DNA from: Ptychomitrium polyphyllum
Lineage: Eukaryota
Reading direction: 5' to 3'
Length of the DNA stretch: 64,000 bases
Assembly (NCBI GenBank): GCA_973851085.1
Contig: OZ316775.1
Location: forward strand, 12,090,001-12,154,000
Positions 11,998 through 23,673 of the stretch are shown here, in pieces (position 1 is the stretch's first letter; every line of letters begins with the position of its first letter). Below the pieces are notes generated by a model. It ran no database searches and was not told the DNA's origin. It saw only the letters and a list, made by a program, of their open reading frames with translations. Both the position numbers and the translations under genes were made by a program.

Positions 11998-13198
11998 GTT
12001 TTGGGTTGCGGAGTTCGAATGAAGTTTTGGTGAGCTTGTGGTTGTGCTTTTGTGCCGCTTGGTGGTGAGGAGTGGAGGCTCCGGGCAAGCAGTCGCTGCA
12101 GATCCGGGTTGAATGGCGCTGTCGGTGAGTGCAGGGAGTGTGATCGGGATTGCATGTCTGTGTTGATGTGGAGAGGGACGCGAGTTTGATCTTCGAGTCG
12201 TGATCCTGTGTCAATTGCTGTGAACAACGATTGTGGATGTTGTTTACTGCGTTTCAGTTGTCCAATGATTGTTCTGCTTTGCGGTGTGTAGGAAGAGCTT
12301 GTGCTTTTCCAGATTGAGGTTTGTATACCGTGGATTTCTATAAGCCTGTTTCGTAGTGTGAGATGTGGTTGATGAAGAGTGCAGCTAGTTTGTTGTGTCG
12401 AGCAATTGAAGTGTACACTGTTTCTACCTCCTGTCAGGGTAAGTACCTCTGCACTTCTACCCTAATGTCCTGTGGGTATAGAGCTAAGGTGTGGAGAAGA
12501 GGCTTTATTTGCAAGATCCCTGAGGCGTCGCCGTTCTTCTTCGGCTATATAAACTACAGTGCAGATTCAGTTTTATAGGTAATACGGTGAAGGTACGAAG
12601 GATGTGAAAGACTCCTCCCAGATTTTTTGTAGAATTAGAGGGCGCCCTGAAGCAAAATCCAGAAGCGTTTGAGGGTTAGAAGAAATACTTGTACAGCTGG
12701 GTAACTAGGGAATCCCAGTGTAAGATGTCAACCTTTTTGGGTGCTATACTGTTGGATGCAATGTTACTTTAGGTCGGTATGGAGATTCTGCTCATGACAC
12801 GAAAGAGAACTATGCAAAGCTATGTACATGTGGTGCAATACAAGATCCGATGGATGTCAACAATTTCTTCAAGATTTCCAGAAGGATTAGAGGATGCCTT
12901 GTGGCAGAATGGAGAAACATTCTGTAAAAAAGTGTAGTACATTTCAAATTGAGATCCTTGAAGAATATCCCCACAATGATGGAATCGTAACATCTCATCC
13001 ACAGAAGTCGATCACATCTGCTATGGCTAATTGGCAAAGACTACATCCAATAGCACAATTATGAAAGACACAAGTAAAGACCGTATAACTTAGTTGACTA
13101 CTACATACTCTGCTCATGTAAGAAGCAACCTAACGACGAGGAACAGCGCTGGTGATCTAAACGTTGAGAGTGTCATCTAAAATTACTGGTGAACTTGA

Positions 13199-13913
13199 TC
13201 TTTTCAGCTGCATCAGCGATCTCGGCAGCCAATGCTCTCAGAAATGCATTGTATGACGATGCGGTCAATACAAGCACGTCCCTTGGGTTGCGAATGAGAG
13301 GAAGAACACTTCTCTTCCAGTCTTCATATCCTTGATGAGTTTGCATAGAGAAGCATTCCAATGGGACATTTCCAAAGTATACAAGGGCAGCGGGTCATCA
13401 GGTTGTGTGAATGCCTTCATACTGGCAATTATATTCCTGTCAACCATCAGTAGTGTTTGACAAACTCGAAGCTTCATATAAGTCCCTAAATTACAAGCTG
13501 ATTTCTCAAACTAACCAACAATAATTCAAAACTCAATATCAAGAAAACATACATTACCATGAACACCCTAAATAAACCTTAGAGTTGCTACATGGAAAAC
13601 GGTTCTAACCTCCTGAATGAAGATCTAAAGGACTAAAGAAATAAAGAAGATCGAAGAGAATTACCGCATGTTACTGAGCAAAGCTGACAATTTGGAGGTC
13701 CTCACACTCCCTAGTGACCCACTGCACAGGAATATTTGAACATGTCCGAGTGGGAGAAATCTCTCTGCGAATTCATCAAGGAGATGAAGACTGTGAAAGA
13801 GAAGTTTTCTATCTAACTTCTACGCAATTCCGGCGTCTTTATGCTGACCATATCGCCATGTGATGTGTTTCTGAGAACATTGGCTGCAGAGTTCGCTGAT
13901 GCAGCTGGAAAGA
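13199..13913. repeat. Long imperfect inverted repeat (arms ~13199-13430 and ~13681-13913, spacer ~250 nt)
   Basis: Left arm TTTTCAGCTGCATCAGCGATCTCGGCAGCCAATGCTCTCAGAAA matches the reverse complement of the right arm, TTTCCAGCTGCATCAGCGAACTCTGCAGCCAATGTTCTCAGAAA. Also 13318-13345 pairs with 13766-13793. Confidence 0.9.
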
Positions 13914-14482
13914 CATAAGACAGTTCAGAACATAGAATGCGCCAGGATTGTACACACAAATTGAGTGGACTGTACACCCAACCTGAAGCACTCAGTTTCA
14001 AGATCGTCGCTCTAGCCAAAGCTTCCACAAAAACAATAACGTCTTCACAAACTGCAAAACTTTTCTGCTATCATAGTGATGTGTATATGTGACCCGTATC
14101 TGTCTGCAAAGCAGAGCTTGCGCAGTGCAGTCACCAGAAGCCAACAATCCCTCTATGGAGCTCCATCAGGAGTAAGCTTTATTCTTACAAAGACACCCTA
14201 CATGGAGAGCTCCAAAAAAATCTCATATCCTGTCTAGTGAACCCAACTAAATAGCAGACTGAGCTTTTGACAGCATTACTCATTAGCAGTTAATCTCCTA
14301 CAAGATTTAACGCACCTTAGTTCTCAAGCAGTAATGTAGCTTCTGCACACCTCGTCTCTTCAAGCAATAGCTCACTTGAATGTAGAGTCCGCATTTCAAA
14401 AGCAGAATGCGGATACAAGCCAAATCCATACCACCTTCTCAGGGGTATCTCCGTCTTCATTTTCAACATCAAAGCTTAGGCA

Positions 14483-15212
14483 TTACGATGCATTGATCTG
14501 CTTGTGACTACGATGGGGATGTCGTCTGGCATGTTCTAGCCAACGCTTCCACTCGGACACGTCGGATATACCACACAACAGGCAGGGCACCACCGTTTGT
14601 CCAAAGCATGTCTTACATCTCCCCCACCCCACTTTCGCCTTCACACCAGCTAATCCAGGACGGGTTGGGAAGCCTCCTTCCCCCATACACCTCCCACACG
14701 TCAACCAACCGCCACAGTCACCGCAAAGCCCGCACCAACCACCTTCAGTGCCTTCAGAAACCCCATCGCTCAAGCCAGACGCCGCAACAAAACTCAGCTT
14801 CGACTCAACATGCCAAGCATGGCTCCTCAATCTGATACCTCCATGGTGGGAGAACCCCAGATCCCCCACAAGTTTATACTGCCCTGTCTGCCATCACCAG
14901 ATCCACCAAAGTAGCACGATTGTAAAAGCGTGAGCGTCAACTACACAATCCCACAATTGAATGGCTCCTACATAACAAAATGCATCACATCCCCTGAGCA
15001 TCCACTCCAATATCCTAAACCATGAACCTAAACCCTAACCGGAAACACAACCCTAATTGATCGTCTCTCTGTCTCGGTTTGAACTAGAGAGCCTCGAAGC
15101 TTCCGAGGGTTATTATACTTACTAGAAGTTGAGGTGGAGTAGGAAGATGTCGACATGGAAGAGACTGAAGATGCGAAGGTGCCGCACCGCTGGCGAAGTG
15201 CAAATTAGCCAT
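14483..15212 (-). CDS. Small DnaJ-type (CxxCxGxG) zinc-finger protein without a J domain, probably plastid-targeted (DNAJE-like)
   Basis: Exon 1 is 15212-15123 (MANLHFASGAAPSHLQSLPCRHLPTPPQLL, donor GTAAGT). Exon 2 starts at an in-frame CAG acceptor (14887 or 14878) and runs to TAA at 14483. Motifs CGDCGG, CGRCMGEG, CKTCFGQT, CLLCG. Confidence 0.65.
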
Positions 15213-15399
15213 CGCTACAGCAAAGTCTTGAGCTTTTAAGGTGGGTTTACGATTTTTATGCACATACAGGACTTCGCCCTGGTCACGTTCAGGCTGCAAT
15301 TTCCGTAGCACAGGAAAAGGATGCATAGTACATACACACTCTTCAGTGACCCCCCTTGCACACCCTTTCGTAATGGCATAGTTCTTTTATTTAAATGAT

Positions 15400-17550
15400 T
15401 TATTAATATTGGTATTGGTATTAGTATTAGTATCAAAAGTCAGTTTTGTCAAAATTTTATAAGAGTAAAGATTGAAGAAGTTTGTGTGTAAGTCACCAAA
15501 TCTATCATGCACTCATTGCTATATGCTTTTACTATCATTTATTATTGGTTTTTTAATTTTCAAAATGAAGATGAATTGTTCCAAATGCTTAAGAATGTTA
15601 TATATGGTTTAAATTGAAGATTTTTTTTTTAAATGATTAAACTACAACAAGTATAAGAGTTTTTAAATATCCTCTAAAACTCAAGAATCTTACAACAAGT
15701 CCTTGGTTTTCTTTTTGATTAACTCAAAAGTTTTATATTAATATACAATGTTCTACTAATTCTTCTTGTATATTAAAATACAAACTAATTGTATAAAAAA
15801 TAGTCTTTTCTTAAAGAATTTTTTTAAAAAAAATATTGTAATATTTTTAAGTGAAAAGTCTTTCTTTATATTAAAATAAAAAACAAGTTTGGAAATCTAT
15901 AAAATTTTAGTTGAAGATCTATTGTCTTAGAAATTCAAAGTTTAAGTATGTTATAATCTTATATTCACATTGGTCAAGCTTTGAGATTTTGTGTAAAATT
16001 CTAAAAATTTGAAGAAGCTAATATTAATTATATTCTAGTAAAGAGTTTTATAATTGGTTAGAGTTGTTGTGGTTCTATGATGTTTAATGACAAAGTTCTA
16101 TATTTGTATGGTAGTTATTGGAGTTGAAAGAAGAAGGTACCTCTAGCATAGTAATCTTAAGAAGAAATAAAGTAAGGTTGAATAAAACACTTGTAGAAAA
16201 GAAGGCAGTTAATTAAGAACCATAATGAACCGTAATTTGGAAAATTCATAATAAGCAAAAAAATTCTTGCATAACATGAATAGATTCCAAGCTTCTTATA
16301 TTTTTATATAACCATGCTTATTTTATACCTCTTTTAAGAAAATTGCCTAAGATTCTAAGATGCACCAATAGAATGCTCATTTACAACAAATACATACATT
16401 AGATGCAAGGAATAGATGTTGCAAATTAGCTCAAGATGCTACTTCTCATTGCAACACTCCTATAATTGGTGATTCCATGAATTCTTGTTTGATTAAATAG
16501 TTGTGAAGTATATACCTTCTATAAAGAAATATGAAGGATATTAGAGAAGATTTTATTTTTTCATTTAAACTTTGAATTGATAATAGAGGAAGCATTGATG
16601 ATAAACTTGTGAATTCAATGGAGGTGTTTTTCAAAATAGAAGATGTTGGTTCCAATTGCATATTCATCAATAAAACTAGAAAATGTTCAAAAAGATAAAA
16701 ATGCAAGTCGAATACAACGACACACTATATGTGTCCTTAATGCTTTGGCATCTACTTGCAGGAGCATAGTTGCAAGTATAGAATCCATTATCAATTTATG
16801 CATTGAATGTTTTTCTAGTTCTAACAAGTTATAACTCTAGACTCAATTTCAATGGCATCTAATGTAATAGACAATTTTTTCAACAATACAATGTATTAGC
16901 AAATTACACCTACACTTGTTTATATTTTTATTTTTATTTTTCATTTTATTTTTTTCATGTTAGTAGGGCTTTGTACAAAAATTAGTAAAATTATAAATAA
17001 TGCAAAGTACAAGAGTCTTGATAATTAGAGTATATTAATCCAATAATCTTTTTATGTCTTTAAAGCTACAACAATGTCAATTTAGTTCTTATTTGATTTC
17101 ATTAAATAAAACCCCTTGAAATTTGATAGTTGTTAAAGTAGGAGCACTAGAAAGTTGAAACAATAGCAAAATTCATTTATTTAGTATTTAAGTTTGATTT
17201 AGTTAAAAGTGATAGGGATTAAATTGTTTAGGAACAAGTTGCCACTTTTTAACGAAGTCATTACAAAAGACATGCCTTTAAAGTATTATTTTTGATAATC
17301 ATTTAAATAAATCTATGCCTAATAATTGACTTGTTTTGCATATCTTTCTTGAAGGTTTCTTTAAAATATTGAAGGCTAAAGATGTAATATATTTTCAACT
17401 CTAGATTTTGTATAAATTGGTCAAAGATGGATGAAACTATCATACATTGACACAATCAAGATAAAAAACACCTTCCAATAGTATAACATATGGGAATCAT
17501 GTACTTGCATATTCCTATTTGCTTTGTGTTCTATGACACATAGTTGTATC
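15400..17550. mobile_element. AT-rich decayed transposon-derived DNA (family unresolved; faint hAT-like trace near 16300-16480 on minus)
   Basis: Very AT-rich, with only stop-riddled fragments and no termini found. Confidence 0.2.
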
Positions 17551-18476
17551 AAATCTCTTTTACCCATAATCTATTCAAAATTTCATATATCATATACTGC
17601 AATTGTGATATATATATTCATCTTCCACGCAGAGGACTAAAGACAAGTCATCATTTCGGGGACGGTGGAAATTTCCACACCGAGTGCCCCAGTCCATACT
17701 GCATTAATGTAATGGGGCTCATTGCATTGTCATACTTGTGGCTGACAATGCTTAGACTCACATCCAATTCACATGCAGTACAGTCAGAGTTAGTTACAAG
17801 CATATACCTGTGATCTATTCACACGCAAAGCAGAACCCCCGTACCGACAAAATGGTCGATTAATGCTCGGTCAAGATTTCAAGGTTTAAAAAGGCAGTCT
17901 TCTCAAGTCGGGTATAAACAATCCACAAGAGAGCCAAGTACGACGCCCACAGAACTTGCTTCAGAGAAAACTTTAGCAAATTATATATATAGCATTTTCT
18001 GTCCAAGACAACTGAATTGAAAATCCTCATGCCGACTGGTTGAGCAGAGTTGCAAAACCGAGTTATAAGTCGTAAAAAGAAATTTGAATGAGCAACCCAA
18101 AATAATTCCTGCATGTGCGTAGTGTGCTTTATTCACGGAGGAAAATATGCCCAAAACACTTGGATAATGCTATGCATTCTCGAACAGGCATCAGAATATA
18201 CAACCTAGGCGTACCGGAGTTGCCAACTTGCAGCCGTAAATACCAATTAAGAAGAGTACAGCGTACACCTTTACAAACTCTGCTAGTTAACATGAACAAG
18301 CTCATTGCCACATTGGTGTATAGCCATACTCGAATCTCAGCTTGCATAATAAAACATCATTTAGGTATAGATTGCGGAAAAAGAAGTTCACATCCGACAT
18401 CTCCTTTCAAGTTTTTGAATCAGTCTGAGAGATTAAGACAAAGGTCTGCAAAGTCTAAGTATGGCATGCTCAGAGC

Positions 18477-20935
18477 TTATTGTTTAGCCTGCATACAACC
18501 AAAAAGCACAGATTAGGAACAATGACAGCTCAAGCCATTGTGTGGAGACGCATCATAGAAAAAAAAAAAAAAATCTGAAAATCATACACACTTGAATGCG
18601 TTCGTACTCTAACAGCAGAGTTCTGGCAATCTATTCCGTTTCCTGAACCCTGAGAATAGGTTATGAAAGTACCTGGGAATACAAGAAGGTTCCGAGGATG
18701 GCAATAGCAGCACCAACAGCGTTTATTGGCCTAACTTGTGTGTGGAAGATGATAATAGAGGACACAATGACTGTCACACGCTTCATGGTGTTACCAATGC
18801 TGAAGGTAAGTGGGGAAATTTCGTTCAATGACATGTACGAGACCTGGTTGTACAAGTGGTAGAATACACTCTGCGCTACCACCCACCTGCACATAACCCG
18901 ATAATTCTGGTCAATAGAGTGCTCAAAAATTTTGTAACATGAACAGTTCTAATTATCTTCAATTAAATTCTTGATAACATCGGGACAAAGTGAAGAGAAA
19001 CATTTCGGAGTAACAAATCTGCTACAAGATCATATATCCCTCCATCAAGTCACCAAGCAAACGTCACAATATCCTGGTCGAGATTAGAATACAAATTTAG
19101 ATGGAAGACCAAGTACCAGAAAATTTGAGGACCAACAGTCAAGTTTGCAACATCCCATCCAGCCATCCAGGCCTTGGGGCCTTCAACAGCAAGTGCAAAA
19201 GGAGTCAAGAGCACAAGCGACATCATGCTCAAGCATGCGTAGTAGTTCATGCCACCAACACTCTTGCCTGTTGTCATTCCCTTCTTTGAAAAGATATTGC
19301 GGAAGACGAATGCAACGTTAGAAATCATAGCTCCCACAAACCCTGTCACAAGAAAGGTGTCAGATATATGACCTCTCACAATTTACCCAAGATTTACTGT
19401 GCTCAAAAGACTCATATAGGTCACATGCAGCTCACTGAAGTCAAAGATGAAATCATCATGATCTCATTGGACAAACTTAGCTCAATCCAGTTGAATACCT
19501 GTCATGTTGAAGTTCAACTCAGTGGCAGCAGCCAAACCACAACCACCAACAATGGGCAACAAAGAGAGATAGACGGGCAATGGAAAGTTCTCCCCAAGGA
19601 ATAATCTCTGAATGATCACGCTAAAGGCTGGTTCAGCGCTCTTGATGATATGGGTGAATGAAACTGCAACCTTGGACATACTCACAGTCGCCGCCACATG
19701 TCCAATTGTGTGCGCTAGAGCCACCTGACATTGTAAGTCACGTATATAGATCAGGATAATGCGTAAGAATAGGTAGTACTAGAAACCTATCAGCACCATC
19801 ATGTCCAATAACCAACATCCATAAAGGAGTCCTCTGTTTCCAATTGGTTATCGGACATACGAACACCACCTCCGGCTACAAAACCTCTTTACGTCGCTAA
19901 GGGAATGAAAATGACCACTTTCTACCTTTCAAGAGACCTCTGAGAGAGGACTAAATTTCAACATGTAATTATCTCATTGTCCCTCTCGAGCTTGATCGAA
20001 TTTTAGCGACTGTTTGCATTTTGGAAACATGCATAATTGAAACATGAAGGGCAAGAACGGCAAATAAGAAATCCATAAAAACCTACAACTGTTCCTAAAA
20101 ATTGAGTCATGTCCCATACTAAATTCACGGTTACTTGAATAAGAATATGACGACTATACTTACTTTCCGCTGCAAATAAGTATGGAACTAAAATCTATAC
20201 GAGTCTCTATTAAATGATGCAACCGTGCTCTACGATATCGCCACTAGAATTTCAAATGCTCTGTGATTGCACTCCAATAAAAACAATAATGGGGGAAAAA
20301 AATATTCAATCCTCTGACACATTTAGTAAAGACGAGAACGGGGGGTGACTTACCGGAGCAAGTCCTTTCCAGAAGTCCATGTCAACGTCTGGCGCAGGCA
20401 CAATCCGGAGAGCCCATGACAGGAGCATGATGGTAGAACCGGCCAACAAGGACAGGGTGGATGTCAACCATGGGAACGGGAACACATTCAACACCTTCTT
20501 GTTGTAAATGTTGAATACAACATTGAGAGCCCACCAAGTAGCAAAATATATCCCAATTTTGACCCTTCCCATTGCAGGCTTAGGAACCTCAACATCGCCA
20601 ACCTTGGGTGTTTCCTCCGGATATGCATCAGAAGCACTCGCATCCGCAGCTTGAGCAGAGATTCTGAAAATTGGTGCCCTCCTGACTACCGGAGCCGCCT
20701 TGATGCCAGAGCTCAACCCAAGGGGTTCACCAACTTGGAAAGGATTGAAGCTCATCTTCCTGGGAGTCAAAGATGTCTTAAGCATTACGGAGCTCGACAA
20801 TGCTCGCACTCTGGATGCCTGAGAGCGCGGAAGCTCATATTGGCTCCGAGCAACTGCTGAGCTGGAAGGGCTCTGACAAGACACACGATCAAGGCCTGAG
20901 GAGGCCAGGCCTGATAGAGTACGCATCGCCATCAT
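18477..20935 (-). CDS. GPT: Plastid glucose-6-phosphate/phosphate translocator
   Basis: Exons 20935-20354, 19724-19499, 19342-19117, 18886-18673, 18488-18477 (AKQ*), all in phase. Transit peptide plus KIGIYFATWWALNVVFNIYNKKVLN, VSFTHIIKSAEPAFSV, GMNYYACLSMMSL and ISPLTFSIGNTMKR. Confidence 0.93.
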
Positions 20936-23495
20936 GGTTCTTGGGCCGCCCAACTGTGATTCAGTTCTCACAGTGAGTGGCTTTGCTACTAATCACAACA
21001 ATTTCCCTCTGCGAAAACAAACACACATCCACCAAAAAGGGGAGAAGTTCAGAGTGTTTCCTTAGTTGCTGAATTCAAACCACGACATTGTTGAGCACTG
21101 GAACACGCACACATGATCACCACTAGAATGAAGAAATCAAAAACACCCACAGAACTCTCAAACGCAAAACAAAAGTTGCTCCAGGCGAGCTCATCCTCAC
21201 CCCCTAGAGGAAAAACTCAATGAGAGTAGATTGCCTCAAACGACTAATTCCAGTGGATCTAGAGCTGAACGAGCAGCACACAAAGACTAACAACTAAACA
21301 TCACTCTAACAAAAAGTTCTCAACCAAATAGCTCCAACCAAAGCTCCACACTGATCAACGCATTGCAAACTACACCCGATTTCACCACCCCCTTCATTCC
21401 AAATTTAACCAATAAACTCACCCTCCCACCCTCCCACCGTTTCACATACCGAGAACCAGAGTACTCCCATACCCCCACATCTCAAAAACAGTAGTCAAAA
21501 CTCCCAAACATCACACCATCCGTACCCCTCCACACCCCAAGAACCCCAACCTTGAAAAAACCAAACCATCACCAAAAAAAAACAAAAAAAAACAGCAACA
21601 CTCCAGGTTCCCACAAAGCAAGCACCTGCTCGCTCCACCCTGAACCTATGCTCAGAGGATACACGACAGCAATACAGAACTCCTCCGTCACTGAAGACAC
21701 TCTTCTCCTACACGACCACAAAAACCGACATAGTCCAAAGCGAAAGGAAGCCACGAAATGAGAATGGAGCATGAACCCAACCGAAAGAAAAGAACGGAAT
21801 GAGAATGAACCACGCACCCAAGTAAACGGAAAGAACGAAACGAGAATGGCCCATGGACCCAAAGTGAGAGGGGGGGGGTGACAAGCACCTTGACCAGCAC
21901 TCGCAAGCGGACCTGGAGCGCACCGAAGAAACGATCTACAGGGGCAGCCGCGGAGTGTGATATATGGCCAGAGAAGCGAGCGGGCCGATGAGATGCAGAG
22001 GGAGCGAGTGCAGGCCCTGCAGGGTGCGGGTGCCGGGGCGCTGCGCAGGCCAAGAGTGTTGTGAGTGTGAGCGCAGAGGTGGGCGCAACTCCGGCGGTGC
22101 TCTGCCAGTGCGTGCCGGGCGCTGCGACGAACGGGGGCCGTCGATGGCATGGCATCGCCTCGCCTCGCCAGCAGGGAACTGCCGGTGCACGGCGGCCACA
22201 GACGGGCCGCATGGATTTCGGGCAGCGGGCTGGGGGCCTGTGCGCAGAGAATATGCCGCGGCCGCAGTTTTCGATGGTGCCCGGCTTCAGGACAGGCAGT
22301 TATTAGTGGCTGCCCTCTGGCTCGGCCTCGTGTGCGCCAGAGTGGCCGAATAATGGACCAAATTTCGTGTCGCCAGTGTGCATGTGTGGAATGCCCTTCA
22401 TTGTTTTTCTCTCAGACATTATACTTCGCTTGAATTGGTGGGTAGTTGTAAGAAAGGATTTTCGAAAATATGAAAGGAAAGTAACAAAAGAAAACATTGA
22501 TTTTTGTAGCTGAATTTTATCTAGGTATTGTGAAGTATTATTTAGATGTTATATGAGTTATTCGAAGAAGTGTAGGTAGAAGGTAGAAATGAGAAGAATT
22601 TACTGCTTTTTATTGAAGTTAAGTCTTGGACATAAGTATTGGGTTTAGGTTATTGAAGAGCATTCTATGTTTTTTTTGTTTTTTTTTTTTCAGTTATAGG
22701 AAAAATATACCGAAGGATGAAATTTTTGTATTTCATCATTGGAGATGTGAAAGTTCATTAGAAAGATTTAAGATATATATTTCGATTTTGGACGGTGAAA
22801 TGATTGGGGTAACATAGATGGAATGGTTTGAGCATTTTTGAGCATTTTACATGTATGTTACAGAATCATTTCATTGATTTCCTATAAAGAGATGATACAG
22901 TAACACCAGAATTTCAGTTTGTTACTTTTTCATTTTACTTTTTTGAAATCTAGCCTTGAAGGACCAAACGATTGGGTGCAACTTGAATGTAAACACACAT
23001 TAGCTGCATTTCACGTGTGTGGAGGAAATAGAGTTTCCTTTCTCTGTTGCCCCACCAGGTTCAAGTTTTTATTTTGTTTTGAAGTTAGCATCTGGAAAGT
23101 ATGCTGCGATGCTCATGTGATCATATCCACTGTAACAGCCAGGCACTTGTCAAGCTTAGAGGCAGCACTTGTTCGTCAACAGTGACTTTCGATCAGGATG
23201 CTAGAAATCGAGCAAAAGACATGGAAGAGAAAAGCAAGAACTCTTGAGGAGCAGGATTGAGCAATGGTGATATCTCCTTTGAAATTATATCTTTGGGCTC
23301 CTCAACGTCATGCTGGGCCACCAGCGGGGTCCAGCACAGCACCTTTTTCCATCCACTCTGGGTCCTGTGACCCCCATCTATTCAAATAATGGTTGCAGAA
23401 TGGCTTCGCAATGGACTGTTTAACAACTCTTCAGCAGTAACAAGGCTGCTTTAAATGTCGGATGAGAAACCAGATAGCTACTACCAATGGGTGAA

Positions 23496-23673
23496 AGGCT
23501 AATCCTGCCAATTAGGTGCTAGGTTAACCCTGCCAATTAGGTGCTAGGTTAACCCTGCCAATTAGGTGCTAGGTTAACCCTGCCAATTAGGTGCTAGGTT
23601 AACCCTGCCAATTAGGTGCTAGGTTAACCCTGCCAATTAGGGGCTAGGTTAACCCTGCCAATTAGGTGCTAGG
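23496..23673. repeat. Minisatellite, 7 x 25 bp (AGGTTAACCCTGCCAATTAGGTGCT)
   Basis: Head-to-tail copies with no spacers; only the first copy (2 substitutions) and the sixth (1 substitution) deviate. Confidence 0.97.

Noticed and set aside
14388..14412. Stem-loop TCCGCATT...AATGCGGA as a terminator
   Set aside because: Intrinsic terminators do not apply to plant nuclear genes, and an 8-bp stem can arise by chance.
21552..22433. Cluster of overlapping 70-190-aa ORFs
   Set aside because: This is the GC-rich promoter/5'UTR island of GPT, where stop codons are scarce; the peptides are low-complexity.
23496..23673. CRISPR-like array
   Set aside because: The repeats are contiguous with no unique spacers, there are no cas genes, and the context is eukaryotic.
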